DNA from: a virus
Direction: 5' to 3' (one strand)
IMG/VR virus record: IMGVR_UViG_3300028027_000001
Length of the DNA stretch: 64,000 nucleotides
Shown here: positions 1-8,910 of the stretch, piece by piece
Layout of the letters: each line of letters begins with the position of its first letter
How positions within the stretch are numbered: the stretch's first letter is position 1
Program-made: the position numbers and the translations under genes
The notes under the pieces: generated by a model
The model's input: only the letters and a program-made list of their open reading frames with translations
Told to the model about the DNA's origin: nothing
Database searches by the model: none

Positions 1-520
1 TTTCAAAGAATGATGGTTTATGTTTTTTACCTCTTAATAAGTGGGACCTGTTAGGATATGTTCTAGATTTTCGGGTGGCTATGGTTTTATCTATGACTTC
101 TTGGGGGACTTTATATCCTAATCTAGCTTTTGATTGGCGTTCCCTAGTTTCAATAGATCTCTTTTTCCCTTTATTAGATTGAGATCTTCTTTTATTTTGA
201 TCCTCAGTCCATACTATTCCCTTATTACCTCCTTCTCCCCCTTCACTAATGTTAACTAACATACCATTGGGATCTACATTTTTTCTCCCAAATTGTTTGA
301 TATAATTAATCTCCATTTCACATGCTTGTGATTTAGTTAAATTTTCATGAACTAATTTTACTGTGGGATCACCATGTTTTTCCACGTATCTTTTCCATAT
401 TGGGTTCCTCTCCCCAAAATTATAAGGTCTAGATTTAACTGATCCTATTCCTACATAAAATACTTCTTGTGTTGTAGGGTTTAGGTGAAAATAAACAAAA
501 TATATATTATCTTTTGACAT
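1..520 (-). CDS. Putative GIY-YIG-like homing endonuclease with NUMOD3-like basic repeats (3' end runs off the window)
   Basis: Hand translation from ATG at 520: MSKDNIYFVYFHLKPTTQEVFYVGIG...ACEMEINYIKQFGR...LVNISEGGEG, then a basic RSQSNKGKKRS tract; open to the window edge. Confidence 0.75.
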   Translation of the reverse strand, partial: MSKDNIYFVYFHLNPTTQEVFYVGIGSVKSRPYNFGERNPIWKRYVEKHGDPTVKLVHENLTKSQACEMEINYIKQFGRKNVDPNGMLVNISEGGEGGNKGIVWTEDQNKRRSQSNKGKKRSIETRERQSKARLGYKVPQEVIDKTIATRKSRTYPNRSHLLRGKKHKPSFFE

Positions 521-603
521 CGTTTTTGTATGGGAATATACAAAACGATATGTTAACATCCTAGTATTCTTTCTAAAAACCTTTACTTCTTTAATTATTT
601 TTA

Positions 604-741
604 TTATGAATCTCTTTTAGTTAATTTAACTCTAATTACTTCTCCTTGACCGACAATGATGTTGCCTATTTTAACTGACTTATCTTTAAGATAAAATGAT
701 GTTACCTTACCGGCTCTATTCTTAACATATATGTAAGGCAT
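604..741 (-). CDS. Small hypothetical protein (45 aa, not in ORF track)
   Basis: MPYIYVKNRAGKVTSFYLKDKSVKIGNIIVGQGEVIRVKLTKRDS; fills the gap between co-oriented genes. Confidence 0.55.
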   Translation of the reverse strand: MPYIYVKNRAGKVTSFYLKDKSVKIGNIIVGQGEVIRVKLTKRDS

Positions 742-742
742 A

Positions 743-994
743 TTATTCTATAGATGTTAAATACTTTAAACAATCATCGATACATTCTTCTATGGTTTCA
801 AATCCTTCCCAACAACATTCTGCCATAATAGCATTGCCTGGGAGTTGATGGTGTTTCCATATTATTCTATTTTCCCATTCACCACCCATTCGTTTAATGG
901 TATTTTGGAATGATATTGAATGTCCTGATTCAAATACTTGATTAAATTTTTCTGCTAGCATGTTATTTTGTCCTTTAATTATAACGTTAACCAT
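743..994 (-). CDS. Hypothetical protein
   Basis: ORF in a tightly packed minus-strand array. Confidence 0.65.
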   Translation of the reverse strand: MVNVIIKGQNNMLAEKFNQVFESGHSISFQNTIKRMGGEWENRIIWKHHQLPGNAIMAECCWEGFETIEECIDDCLKYLTSIE

Positions 995-1368
995 CCTCTA
1001 TCAATTAAGTATCTAACAACACATTTTAGTTCTGATATTCCTTGTTTTGATAGTGATTCTTGAGCTGATTCTATGGATTCAATATCATTCTTTAATACTC
1101 CTATTAAAAACTTATCGTTATCCCATATATCTTCAGTCCATTCTGTTCTATCAGAGTGCCGTTTATCAGTAAATTTAATAACAAGCCCGTCATAGAACGT
1201 TTCATCATCTCGATACATTCTCTCTACTTCAAATACACACTCATCAGTTTCAAATGTTAACCCTTCAGTGTGAACTGGGTTTAGTTCGATGCTGTCTTCG
1301 GGTTGGGTTGGTTGTAAATCTTCTCTAACATACCAAACACCATTAATTTCTACTCTGTCCATAACCAT
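979..1368 (-). CDS. Hypothetical acidic protein
   Basis: ORF with a promoter motif just upstream (~1393). Confidence 0.7.
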   Translation of the reverse strand: MVMDRVEINGVWYVREDLQPTQPEDSIELNPVHTEGLTFETDECVFEVERMYRDDETFYDGLVIKFTDKRHSDRTEWTEDIWDNDKFLIGVLKNDIESIESAQESLSKQGISELKCVVRYLIDRGWLTL

Positions 1369-1404
1369 TTTTATTTATTTTTTAATTTAACTGAATATAC
1401 GGCT

Positions 1405-1599
1405 TTATTTTTGAGTAACTTTGTCCCTCACTAATCTTACGTATCCTGTTTTCTTAAATCTACATTTATCAAATGTCATTTCATACCCTAAATCACATAC
1501 CACAGTATATCCGTGTTGTGTTTCAGCTAGTACTTGGTATTGTTGGTTTTTAGTTAAATAATCTTCCATTCCATTAATGTAGTTCCCGTAAACAATCAT
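1405..1599 (-). CDS. Hypothetical protein
   Basis: ORF packing. Confidence 0.6.
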   Translation of the reverse strand: MIVYGNYINGMEDYLTKNQQYQVLAETQHGYTVVCDLGYEMTFDKCRFKKTGYVRLVRDKVTQK

Positions 1600-1625
1600 A
1601 ATTAATCCGTTTTATTTAATTATAA

Positions 1626-1913
1626 CTATTTCTTTATTATTTCAAAGTTATTTAATTTTAACCATTCTAGGAATTCTACTACATCCCATTCTTTAGGATC
1701 CAATTCCCCCATCACACCATCACCAAATTGTTCAATAAACCTATTCAAATATGAATTTTCTATTTCATCACTAAAGTGAAATTGATTATTATGAGTAAAT
1801 GCTAATGCAGTTGGTTCATTTTCAATATCTTCTTGGGTGGTTTGAGGTAATTTACCTTCTTCCCTCAATATGTCTATACGAGCAAATACTCGTGCTATGT
1901 CTTCGTTATTCAT
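1626..1913 (-). CDS. Hypothetical protein
   Basis: ORF packing. Confidence 0.65.
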   Translation of the reverse strand: MNNEDIARVFARIDILREEGKLPQTTQEDIENEPTALAFTHNNQFHFSDEIENSYLNRFIEQFGDGVMGELDPKEWDVVEFLEWLKLNNFEIIKK

Positions 1914-1919
1914 AATATA

Positions 1920-2453
1920 TTATCTTTCAATTCCTAATTCTTCTAATGTTACTGGAGTGTAGTCTACATGCTCACAAGATACGCAGTGGTACCTATCGTC
2001 AGGCACTTCAGTATAAGACATTCCCGTCATCCATTCATCAACCCACTGAGTTTTCATTATCCGTTCTTCATGTATATGTCCGTGTATATTTCTAGGTACT
2101 CTAAATTCAAGTTCACGCTCATGTACAGGACAATGTGTTAACCATAACCCTTTATATCGAATCATCCCCGATACACTATGAACATATTTTAATAGTTCGG
2201 GTATGTCTTTAGCCATATCGTGGTTACCTAATACAACGCGTTTAAGTCCGTTCATTCTGTTTAGTAATGGGTATGGTTTACTGGATTCCATAGTTACATC
2301 ACCTAAGATATAAACTGTGTCACGTTTGGATACTTTCTTATTCCATTGTGAAATAATATGTTCGTCGTGTTCTTCGGCTGTAGAGAAACCACGTTTTTTA
2401 GCCATGTTTAAGTGGCCTAGATGTAGGTCTGCTATCATAAAAACTTTACTCAT
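1920..2453 (-). CDS. Calcineurin-like metallophosphoesterase
   Basis: DLHLGH, LGD, GNHD, TH and HGHIH motifs. Confidence 0.9.
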   Translation of the reverse strand: MSKVFMIADLHLGHLNMAKKRGFSTAEEHDEHIISQWNKKVSKRDTVYILGDVTMESSKPYPLLNRMNGLKRVVLGNHDMAKDIPELLKYVHSVSGMIRYKGLWLTHCPVHERELEFRVPRNIHGHIHEERIMKTQWVDEWMTGMSYTEVPDDRYHCVSCEHVDYTPVTLEELGIER

Positions 2454-2491
2454 AACTTTAATTTTTATTGAATATACGAACTATATTTTAA

Positions 2492-2944
2492 TTATTTTAG
2501 TCCTTCTCTCACTTCTTTAATATGTTTACAATTCTGTTTTGATCGAATGGCACCAAAACAATTACATTTTAATCCATTCGGTGTCATTCTTACCTCATAA
2601 AAACCACCACCACTAGATGATTCAAATTTCCAGGTTTTAGGTTTTTCGATTGGTTTAGGTTCGGTAACCGGTTTTTCTCCAATAATATCTAAATCTTTGT
2701 ATCGAGTGTGAGGAACACATTCAATTCCGTATGGAATTATTACCCATTTATTCAAAGCAGCATAATGTACAACGCCTATCGCTTTGGTAGGATGTTTAGG
2801 TACCTTATATTTGAACGGTTTATGATATGCGGACTGGATATTGTCGCGTTGTGGGTATAAAATGGCTTGCTCACCTGGTTTGGTGTGTATTATTTTGTGT
2901 TCGGTTCTACCGTCTTTGTATTCGATGTGGAGTTCGTGTAACAT
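2492..2944 (-). CDS. Protein with C-terminal SWIM-type zinc finger (start revised to 2944)
   Basis: YEV...KCNC...CKHI; ATG 2944 follows the AAAGGTTATG start motif and the promoter at ~2965. Confidence 0.7.
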   Translation of the reverse strand: MLHELHIEYKDGRTEHKIIHTKPGEQAILYPQRDNIQSAYHKPFKYKVPKHPTKAIGVVHYAALNKWVIIPYGIECVPHTRYKDLDIIGEKPVTEPKPIEKPKTWKFESSSGGGFYEVRMTPNGLKCNCFGAIRSKQNCKHIKEVREGLK

Positions 2945-2964
2945 AACCTTTATTTTTATAAGTG

Positions 2965-3002
2965 GAATATACGAAAGGATTATCGGTAATAAGCGTCCTT
3001 TA
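2965..3002 (-). repeat. Duplicated promoter cassette (second copy ~3986-4022)
   Basis: aatatacgaaaggattatcggtaata(ag/ga)cgtccttta occurs twice. Confidence 0.8.
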
Positions 3003-3200
3003 TTGGCTGTATTTCTCACTAGCTTTTAAGGCACTTGGAAGATAATCCCAACAACCACCTGTATTAACTTCTTTACCATTAACAGACATTATGGTATAGG
3101 CCCATTCATTATAGTGATTTTGTTCATGAATAATAACAGAATCCCCTTTTGAATTTTTAGTGTGGATTTTTCTGTAAGAAACATATTTATTTTTACCCAT
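3000..3200 (-). CDS. Hypothetical protein
   Basis: ORF packing. Confidence 0.6.
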   Translation of the reverse strand: MGKNKYVSYRKIHTKNSKGDSVIIHEQNHYNEWAYTIMSVNGKEVNTGGCWDYLPSALKASEKYSQ

Positions 3201-3202
3201 GA

Positions 3203-3715
3203 TTAATTTATTTTAGGATTACTAATTAAATTAGATTCTTCACCCCAAGAAGTTACCATTAAAAAACCTCCTTTAACTTTGCAAAAGACTATAGGATCAG
3301 GATCAAATTCAGCCGCGGCTCCAAACATAGTATGTGGAGCTAAAATATGGAAATGTGCTATTATTGAAGAACCATCAGATAACCACTCTCCTTCTGTTAA
3401 GTATTTTTTATCAATTTTAAAATTAAGAATGTCTTGTATATTTTTATATGGTATTGAATAAATATAATTATTAGATGTTCTAAATCTTAAATTTTGGTTT
3501 TCTACTAAAATTTCATTTATATTTTCTTCAGTTACAAATGGATTTTGAGGGAATAATAATTCATATACTCTAATTAAATCTTTAAACTCTTCTCGAATTA
3601 AAAAATCATCAACTGTGGTTGTTTTATTAAACCCTAAATCAATAAGTTTTTTACAATCATCAATTGTTAACTCATTGGATTGTTTAATTTTTTCTAAAAC
3701 TAATTCTTTTAACAT
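3203..3715 (-). CDS. Hypothetical protein
   Basis: ORF with AAAGGTTATG start; C-terminal DPIVF...SWG motif. Confidence 0.7.
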   Translation of the reverse strand: MLKELVLEKIKQSNELTIDDCKKLIDLGFNKTTTVDDFLIREEFKDLIRVYELLFPQNPFVTEENINEILVENQNLRFRTSNNYIYSIPYKNIQDILNFKIDKKYLTEGEWLSDGSSIIAHFHILAPHTMFGAAAEFDPDPIVFCKVKGGFLMVTSWGEESNLISNPKIN

Positions 3716-3764
3716 AACCTTTATTTTTTGTAAGTGAAATATATGATATTATTAGGGATAATTA

Positions 3765-3968
3765 TTAGATGCTATTATTGTATGTTTCACTGTAATACTT
3801 ATACCCTGTTTTAAATTCCTCTTCTTGTAGTTTTGCCTCTACCTTACCACATCTGTACGCGCGTACTATTTGGTGTTTTTCCATTTGAAATGCTTGATCA
3901 ACTAAATCAGATTCAATAAATCTTGTTTTATGTATTTCAGATATTAACCATTCTACTGCTGTTTTCAT
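3765..3968 (-). CDS. Small phage protein (MKTAVEWL type)
   Basis: TAVEWL...AFQMEK..I..AY pattern; promoter upstream. Confidence 0.7.
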   Translation of the reverse strand: MKTAVEWLISEIHKTRFIESDLVDQAFQMEKHQIVRAYRCGKVEAKLQEEEFKTGYKYYSETYNNSI

Positions 3969-4022
3969 ATTTTTTTATTTGATTAAATATACGAAAGGAT
4001 TATCGGTAATAGACGTCCTTTA

Positions 4023-4292
4023 TCATTTATTTTTATATTCGTCAATATAATAAGCACAACCAAAAATTAACCCTACTAATAGTAAAATTCTATCAACCCA
4101 AGTTGCACCTACGAAAGGTAGTGGAAAGTGTGTGGGTAATTTCCCCGTTACAAAACTACCAATGATTAATAAACTATACATCAAACCATAGAATGCATAG
4201 AATGGTGCTAGAACCATATGAAATACATTTATGTATTTAAATAATGTTTTAAAGAACATTACAATACCTAGTGAATTAAATAAATCTTTCAT
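4023..4292 (-). CDS. Membrane protein (start revised to 4292)
   Basis: Hydrophobic segments; AAAGTTATG start and promoter at ~4313. Confidence 0.65.
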   Translation of the reverse strand: MKDLFNSLGIVMFFKTLFKYINVFHMVLAPFYAFYGLMYSLLIIGSFVTGKLPTHFPLPFVGATWVDRILLLVGLIFGCAYYIDEYKNK

Positions 4293-4436
4293 AACTTTTA
4301 ATTTTATAGGTGAAATATATGAATAAAAAATGGAGAACAAACGTCCTCCATTAAAATCCAAGATAGTTAGCTCATTTCTATCCCACGTGTTTGTTCGGAA
4401 GTTCACTCTCCTTGATATGCATTGTGTGGTGGATTT

Positions 4437-4652
4437 TTATAATTTAAAAAATCGTTTTTTATAAAAACTGTGTGGTGATTGTACATCATCATGCCATTCA
4501 TCGTATGGCCGAGCATGGAAGCCACCAAATGATAATGATTTGTAAATAACTAATACTTCATCTGTTGTTGTGTGGTTACACATTCCAACTATTTCGTACT
4601 GGCCCCCTTTATAGTGCTGCCAAATTTCTCCTGGTTGTGGGTATTTTTTCAT
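4437..4652 (-). CDS. DUF1653-family protein
   Basis: PGEIWQHYKGGQY...VIYKSL...ARPY. Confidence 0.8.
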   Translation of the reverse strand: MKKYPQPGEIWQHYKGGQYEIVGMCNHTTTDEVLVIYKSLSFGGFHARPYDEWHDDVQSPHSFYKKRFFKL

Positions 4653-4656
4653 AATT

Positions 4657-5145
4657 TTAATGGTTTACTATATTTTGTAGTGCATTGTGAATTGCATTAT
4701 ATCGTGAAGCATATTCTAAATATTCTTCTTCTGGTATTTGTGTGTATTCTTTTAATTGTTTTTCAGTATATGATGAATTAACATGTCCTGATTCAAATTC
4801 TCTGTGATTAACACCCATTATGGAATTAAAATTATATATATCACCGTTTAATGCATAAGTGCGTTCCCATCTGTCTGTATATGATTCTGGGTTAATTGAT
4901 TTGATATACATAACAGATAATTCTGTTGCACCAAACCTGCTATCATTATCATGAAATTTTAAATATACATTTGTATATCTTTTAATTACCTTATTATCTT
5001 GTTTTATAAGATTTTCTTCATATTTCTCAATATTACTACTAGCTTTTTCTAATAAATCTTTTACTGACATGTTTTTATCAATATCAGAATTTTCTAATAT
5101 TTCAATTAATTGTCTACTTTTACGAATATTTACAACATCTTTCAT
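4657..5145 (-). CDS. Hypothetical protein
   Basis: ORF packing. Confidence 0.7.
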   Translation of the reverse strand: MKDVVNIRKSRQLIEILENSDIDKNMSVKDLLEKASSNIEKYEENLIKQDNKVIKRYTNVYLKFHDNDSRFGATELSVMYIKSINPESYTDRWERTYALNGDIYNFNSIMGVNHREFESGHVNSSYTEKQLKEYTQIPEEEYLEYASRYNAIHNALQNIVNH

Positions 5146-5157
5146 AATTTTATTTTT

Positions 5158-5352
5158 CTATAATTTTATTGATTTAATTTCTCCAGTTTTAACAAACTCC
5201 TCTAACAACTCAACAAATTTAATTGCAATTTGTTTTTTTAATGCTTTTTTCTTTTTACGAGGTAAAAATTCTAATTGTATCACCTCGGGAATAAATGGTA
5301 CTAGCATTTCAGTTTCGAAATACAATTTCTTTTTAGTTACTTTTGCTTTCAT
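5158..5352 (-). CDS. Hypothetical basic protein
   Basis: ORF with ATGA coupling. Confidence 0.6.
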   Translation of the reverse strand: MKAKVTKKKLYFETEMLVPFIPEVIQLEFLPRKKKKALKKQIAIKFVELLEEFVKTGEIKSIKL

Positions 5353-5609
5353 GACAATTTAATTCTAGGTTCATAAGTTGATGTATTTTGGAGTGCTTGT
5401 CTATACTTAATGTATAATTCGTTTAATACTTCATGGTAAAAATTTAAACTTTCCTCAGTTTGTAATATGTCTTCAATAGCCATTTCCACTAAGAAAATTG
5501 TATCTTCAATTTGCCTTAAACCCCAATAACCCATTAAATCATCTGGTTGTTTGTTTAATGGTGTTTCGTTAATAAGCCTATATGCTTCTGTTTTTGCGTC
5601 TAATGTCAT
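5349..5609 (-). CDS. Hypothetical protein
   Basis: ORF with AAAGTTATG start. Confidence 0.65.
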   Translation of the reverse strand: MTLDAKTEAYRLINETPLNKQPDDLMGYWGLRQIEDTIFLVEMAIEDILQTEESLNFYHEVLNELYIKYRQALQNTSTYEPRIKLS

Positions 5610-5614
5610 AACTT

Positions 5615-5842
5615 TTATTTTTTTAAATCAATAATCCAATTTCCTATTTGGTATAATAATCGTAGCATTAAGTAAATGTAACCTATAGCTATTACTACAA
5701 ACATTCCGTTAAAAAATACGACAATAATATCTTTTCTATTTATTTCACGGATTGAATCCATCATAAAAAGCCATAGTAAACCTATAAAATAAACTATAGT
5801 ACATACTCCTATTACACCCAATAATCCCATTAAAATTTCCAT
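5615..5842 (-). CDS. Two-TM membrane protein
   Basis: Two hydrophobic helices. Confidence 0.65.
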   Translation of the reverse strand: MEILMGLLGVIGVCTIVYFIGLLWLFMMDSIREINRKDIIVVFFNGMFVVIAIGYIYLMLRLLYQIGNWIIDLKK

Positions 5843-5847
5843 AACCT

Positions 5848-6180
5848 TTATTTATTGATGAAATATACGCTTTTTACTTTATTTGCTTCCATCCTTCTTT
5901 CTTGTTCTTTATGAAATTCAATTACATCATTTGCTTCTTGTTCGGTATGGAAAGGTGAAGGTGGGATGTGGTGGTGGATACTTATTGCTAATATTGTACG
6001 TTTACTATTTATGGGTATAATATCTAGCTCCTCTACATATTGGGGATATAAGTATTTCCAATCTAACCAAGGATAAACTGAATGTTTACCGATTGTTAAT
6101 TTGGGTGTTGCTACTTGAGGGATGTATTGTTTTTCACCGTTGTTTTTCTCCTCTACTTTAATTCTGTATTCGTATCTCAT
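5848..6180 (-). CDS. Hypothetical protein
   Basis: ORF with AAGGTTATG start. Confidence 0.65.
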   Translation of the reverse strand: MRYEYRIKVEEKNNGEKQYIPQVATPKLTIGKHSVYPWLDWKYLYPQYVEELDIIPINSKRTILAISIHHHIPPSPFHTEQEANDVIEFHKEQERRMEANKVKSVYFINK

Positions 6181-6184
6181 AACC

Positions 6185-6406
6185 TTATTTTAATTTATTT
6201 AAACAGTTTTTACATAGTATATCTTCAGAAATAATTTCTCTAGTGGGTTCTTTTAAAGGTAAATATAAAGCCCAATTCACATTTTCATATTGAATATAAG
6301 CCCAATTAAAATTTCTTGATTTAACATTGCATAGGGAGGCATTATTTGTAGTTCCTTCGAATAGATGCCACTTTTTGCTGGTAATACCTAAATTATATTT
6401 TTTCAT
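6185..6406 (-). CDS. Small putative Zn-binding protein
   Basis: H...SLC...CKNC. Confidence 0.6.
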   Translation of the reverse strand: MKKYNLGITSKKWHLFEGTTNNASLCNVKSRNFNWAYIQYENVNWALYLPLKEPTREIISEDILCKNCLNKLK

Positions 6407-6609
6407 GACTTCATATCTAATTTTAATCTGTTGATAGGCAATAAACTGATTTGTTTATATTCTCTGCTATTTGGATATGGTTGATAAGTAGCTGATGGGT
6501 GGATACAATAGGCCTCATTGTTATTGGTTGGGTTTAATCCTATAAAAATAAAAGTTAATCCACCCGCATATTTAACTCTATCACCATTCTTAAAATCTAT
6601 ATTTTCCAT
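6403..6609 (-). CDS. Hypothetical protein
   Basis: ORF packing. Confidence 0.6.
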   Translation of the reverse strand: MENIDFKNGDRVKYAGGLTFIFIGLNPTNNNEAYCIHPSATYQPYPNSREYKQISLLPINRLKLDMKS

Positions 6610-6615
6610 AACTTT

Positions 6616-6900
6616 TTATTTTATTGCATTAGATAATTGTGATTGAGCTTCTAGATAAACATCATTGAAATGTTTTTCTGTAGTTAAGCATGTTTCAAAA
6701 ATATAATTTTCTACTTGGAAATTCTCCTCTATGGATATAGTTAATTGATTCCATTCGTGTTTAATGGTGATTTTGTTATGTTCTGTAATTTTAACCAATT
6801 CATCTAGACCCATTTCATCCTGAAAATATAAATACACGGGTAAATCTAAATTTGTTTCAATTTCTTCTACTTTTCTTTTAATTACTTTTAGTTTACTCAT
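6616..6900 (-). CDS. Hypothetical protein
   Basis: ORF with promoter at ~6915. Confidence 0.65.
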   Translation of the reverse strand: MSKLKVIKRKVEEIETNLDLPVYLYFQDEMGLDELVKITEHNKITIKHEWNQLTISIEENFQVENYIFETCLTTEKHFNDVYLEAQSQLSNAIK

Positions 6901-6948
6901 AACCTTATTTTTGATTGAATATACGAAAAAATATTTGGTAAGACAAAT

Positions 6949-6973
6949 GAAGGCGACAATTTCTTGCCGCCTT
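6949..6973 (-). terminator. Hairpin (AAGGCG...CGCCTT) closing the ncRNA locus
   Basis: Inverted repeat aaggcgacaa/ttgccgcctt with an A-rich flank on the + strand. Confidence 0.5.
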
Positions 6974-7099
6974 ACTTACTAGGTCACCGATGCCTCCTAG
7001 CGTGATGGGTTATTTAATGTCATTTTGTCTAATTTCACTTTACGTGACATAGTCGCAGGGTCCCATTTAACTGACAAAACCCGATTCGGTATTAAGGTG

Positions 7100-7207
7100 T
7101 AGTTAGGACAGGATTCGAACCTGTGCAGGGTGTCATCCCCCGGAGCATCTAAAGTTTTGACGTACTTATTATTGAGCTCCTGCATTACCACTTTCTGCCA
7201 TCTAACT
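7100..7207 (-). ncRNA. tRNA-like RNA A (29-nt expanded anticodon loop, long variable arm)
   Basis: AGTTAGA/CCTAACT-A acceptor, D-loop with GG, GGAGC/GCTCC stem, T arm ACAGG-TTCGAAT-CCTGT. Confidence 0.7.
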
Positions 7208-7351
7208 ATTCCATAAATTGGTTCCGTAAGCATTTTTTGATATTGAAATTCTTATTACTACAAAAGGCAGTTGAATAACAATTTGCCCATCATAACAAAT
7301 ACCTAAAGTTATTTGCCATTTTCTATAAATGCTTAATCTATATTCTCCCAT
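7202..7351 (-). CDS. Small ORF (49 aa) inside the ncRNA locus
   Basis: MGEYRLSIYRKWQITLGICYDGQIVIQLPFVVIRISISKNAYGTNLWNS; A-rich leader; stop codon falls in the acceptor stem of RNA A. Confidence 0.45.
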   Translation of the reverse strand: MGEYRLSIYRKWQITLGICYDGQIVIQLPFVVIRISISKNAYGTNLWNS

Positions 7352-7372
7352 TATATTTATTTTAATTTTTAG

Positions 7373-7438
7373 TAGTTAGGATAGGAATTGAACCTACTGC
7401 CGATTTTTCACGAGGGCCACCATTGCCACTACCTAACT
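7373..7438 (-). ncRNA. tRNA-like RNA B (66 nt, no proper anticodon arm)
   Basis: Perfect AGTTAGG/CCTAACT-A acceptor; T arm GTAGG-TTCAATT-CCTAT. Confidence 0.65.
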
Positions 7439-7557
7439 TTAAACCAAATGCTTTAGTCGCCCGGAATCCATCTGGGGCTTATTACTAGATAACTTGTAGC
7501 TTACTTACCATGGTTCATACCGTTGCTACTAGGAAACCCAACATTGCATTTTATTAG

Positions 7558-7668
7558 TGGTGAGAACAGGACTCGAACCTATATGATAGCTGCAAGCAGT
7601 CTCCACGCTGGATACATTTTAGTGCACCATAACTATCTTTTCGCGTCTACCAATTCCGCCATCTCACC
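7558..7668 (-). ncRNA. tRNA-like RNA C (Leu-type D arm, large structured insert in place of the anticodon arm)
   Basis: GGTGAGA/TCTCACC-A acceptor; GCG-GAATTGGTAGA-CGC D arm; GATAGTT/AGCTATC stem; T arm ATAGG-TTCGAGT-CCTGT. Confidence 0.7.
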
Positions 7669-7836
7669 TTAATTACAGTAGGTTGTAAGGTACTTGTTAG
7701 TTAGACTTTCTCTTACCCCTTTATTAACCTGTATCAAAAATTTTTATTTTGGACCTAACTGGTGGAAACTTGAAAAAACCACCTCACGTATAGTACACTC
7801 ACCTAAGAACTACCAAAGACTTATGCCTAACTGTCG

Positions 7837-7915
7837 TAGTCAGATTAGGACTCGAACCTAAATTAAGATGCCTATTGGACTCATACTTCTCCTATTCCAA
7901 TTAGAGGATCTGACT
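7837..7915 (-). ncRNA. tRNA-like RNA D (aberrant anticodon arm with 11-nt loop)
   Basis: AGTCAGA/TCTGACT-A acceptor; T arm TTAGG-TTCGAGT-CCTAA. Confidence 0.65.
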
Positions 7916-8080
7916 ATAAAAAACAGGAAGCACCTGTTCAGATCTTGGACACTAGTATACTTATCCTCCTGTTTCGCCACCCATGCCTTTGGGTCAATCT
8001 GTTTTGTAGTTTTATGTTTTCACATCTACATGACTTTAACTACAAAAGTACGCGTAGTAATTTAATTCCCCACGCGGAAT

Positions 8081-8158
8081 GAGGTTGAGAGCCTCTGTGT
8101 TGTAATATATCAATTTAACATTCTTAATATTTATTCACTTCTCACATGAACAACACAT
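8081..8158 (-). ncRNA. Repeated structured motif, copy 1 (putative kissing-loop RNA)
   Basis: TGTGTTGT/ACAACACA stem; TGAGA loop complementary to the loop of GAGG-CTCTCAA-CCTC. Confidence 0.55.
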
Positions 8159-8244
8159 ATAACCAGTCGCTCGCTTTAGAGTCAGCCACCCACTAATGGA
8201 TCGCACAGGAATCTAATTTCTCACACCTGTACTGATTATTATTT

Positions 8245-8339
8245 GAGGTTGAGAACCACTGTGTTGTGAGTAAGATTCTTACTTTTCAGTATGTTTCTCT
8301 CCTTTACCTTCTTACGCCTTTCTCAAGGGAACAACACAT
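8245..8339 (-). ncRNA. Repeated structured motif, copy 2 (putative kissing-loop RNA)
   Basis: Same frame as copy 1 with an unrelated interior; TTGAGAA/TTCTCAA complementarity; starts just after the promoter at ~8352. Confidence 0.55.
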
Positions 8340-8365
8340 TTCTTTTTATACCTAAATATACGAAT

Positions 8366-8593
8366 TTATTCTGTAATCTCCAAATTTTCTTCTTCAATAA
8401 TCTCAGCTTCTTGAACTGTTTCTACAAATAAATAATGTGTTTCATTTCGTAAAACATGATCAACAAATGGTAAATAGTCTCTCCATGCCTTAATTTTGTC
8501 GGCATCTAATTGACCGTCTTTATTAATAAAGAACGTGTGAGCAATGCGTCTTCTTACAAGATAACATCGATCATTGTGTTTGTATAGTTCCAT
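8366..8593 (-). CDS. Hypothetical protein
   Basis: ORF packing. Confidence 0.65.
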   Translation of the reverse strand: MELYKHNDRCYLVRRRIAHTFFINKDGQLDADKIKAWRDYLPFVDHVLRNETHYLFVETVQEAEIIEEENLEITE

Positions 8594-8595
8594 GT

Positions 8596-8853
8596 TTAAA
8601 TCACGTTAATTTTAGTTACTTTATACTGTCTCATGTATCGATCAACAAACGACTTTCCAACACCTAAATCAATAACTTCATATTCGTTAGGAATCAGTGG
8701 TTTACGTTTTGATGAATCTAATACCTCATCTACAGTTACGTTTTGAAACGTAGATATAAATTGTCTTTTACCTTTTTTTAATACAACAACGGTTGTGATT
8801 GGTTCTTCTGATGGGCGACCTTTACCCGATGTCTGTTGAGTGTATGGATTCAT
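8596..8853 (-). CDS. Hypothetical protein
   Basis: ORF with promoter at ~8884. Confidence 0.65.
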   Translation of the reverse strand: MNPYTQQTSGKGRPSEEPITTVVVLKKGKRQFISTFQNVTVDEVLDSSKRKPLIPNEYEVIDLGVGKSFVDRYMRQYKVTKINVI

Positions 8854-8910
8854 AACCTTTATTATTTATTAATTTTATACCTGAAATATACGAATAGGAT
8901 ATTTGGTTTC

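Noticed and set aside
6997-7233. 78-aa minus-strand ORF and 7868..8065 plus-strand ORF
   Set aside because: They run through tRNA-like structures and have no recognisable protein features; the RNA reading explains the sequence better.
7100-7915. Calling the four elements ordinary tRNAs, or a CRISPR array
   Set aside because: None has a 7-nt anticodon loop on a 5-bp stem. The repeats are not identical or regularly spaced, and no cas operon is present.
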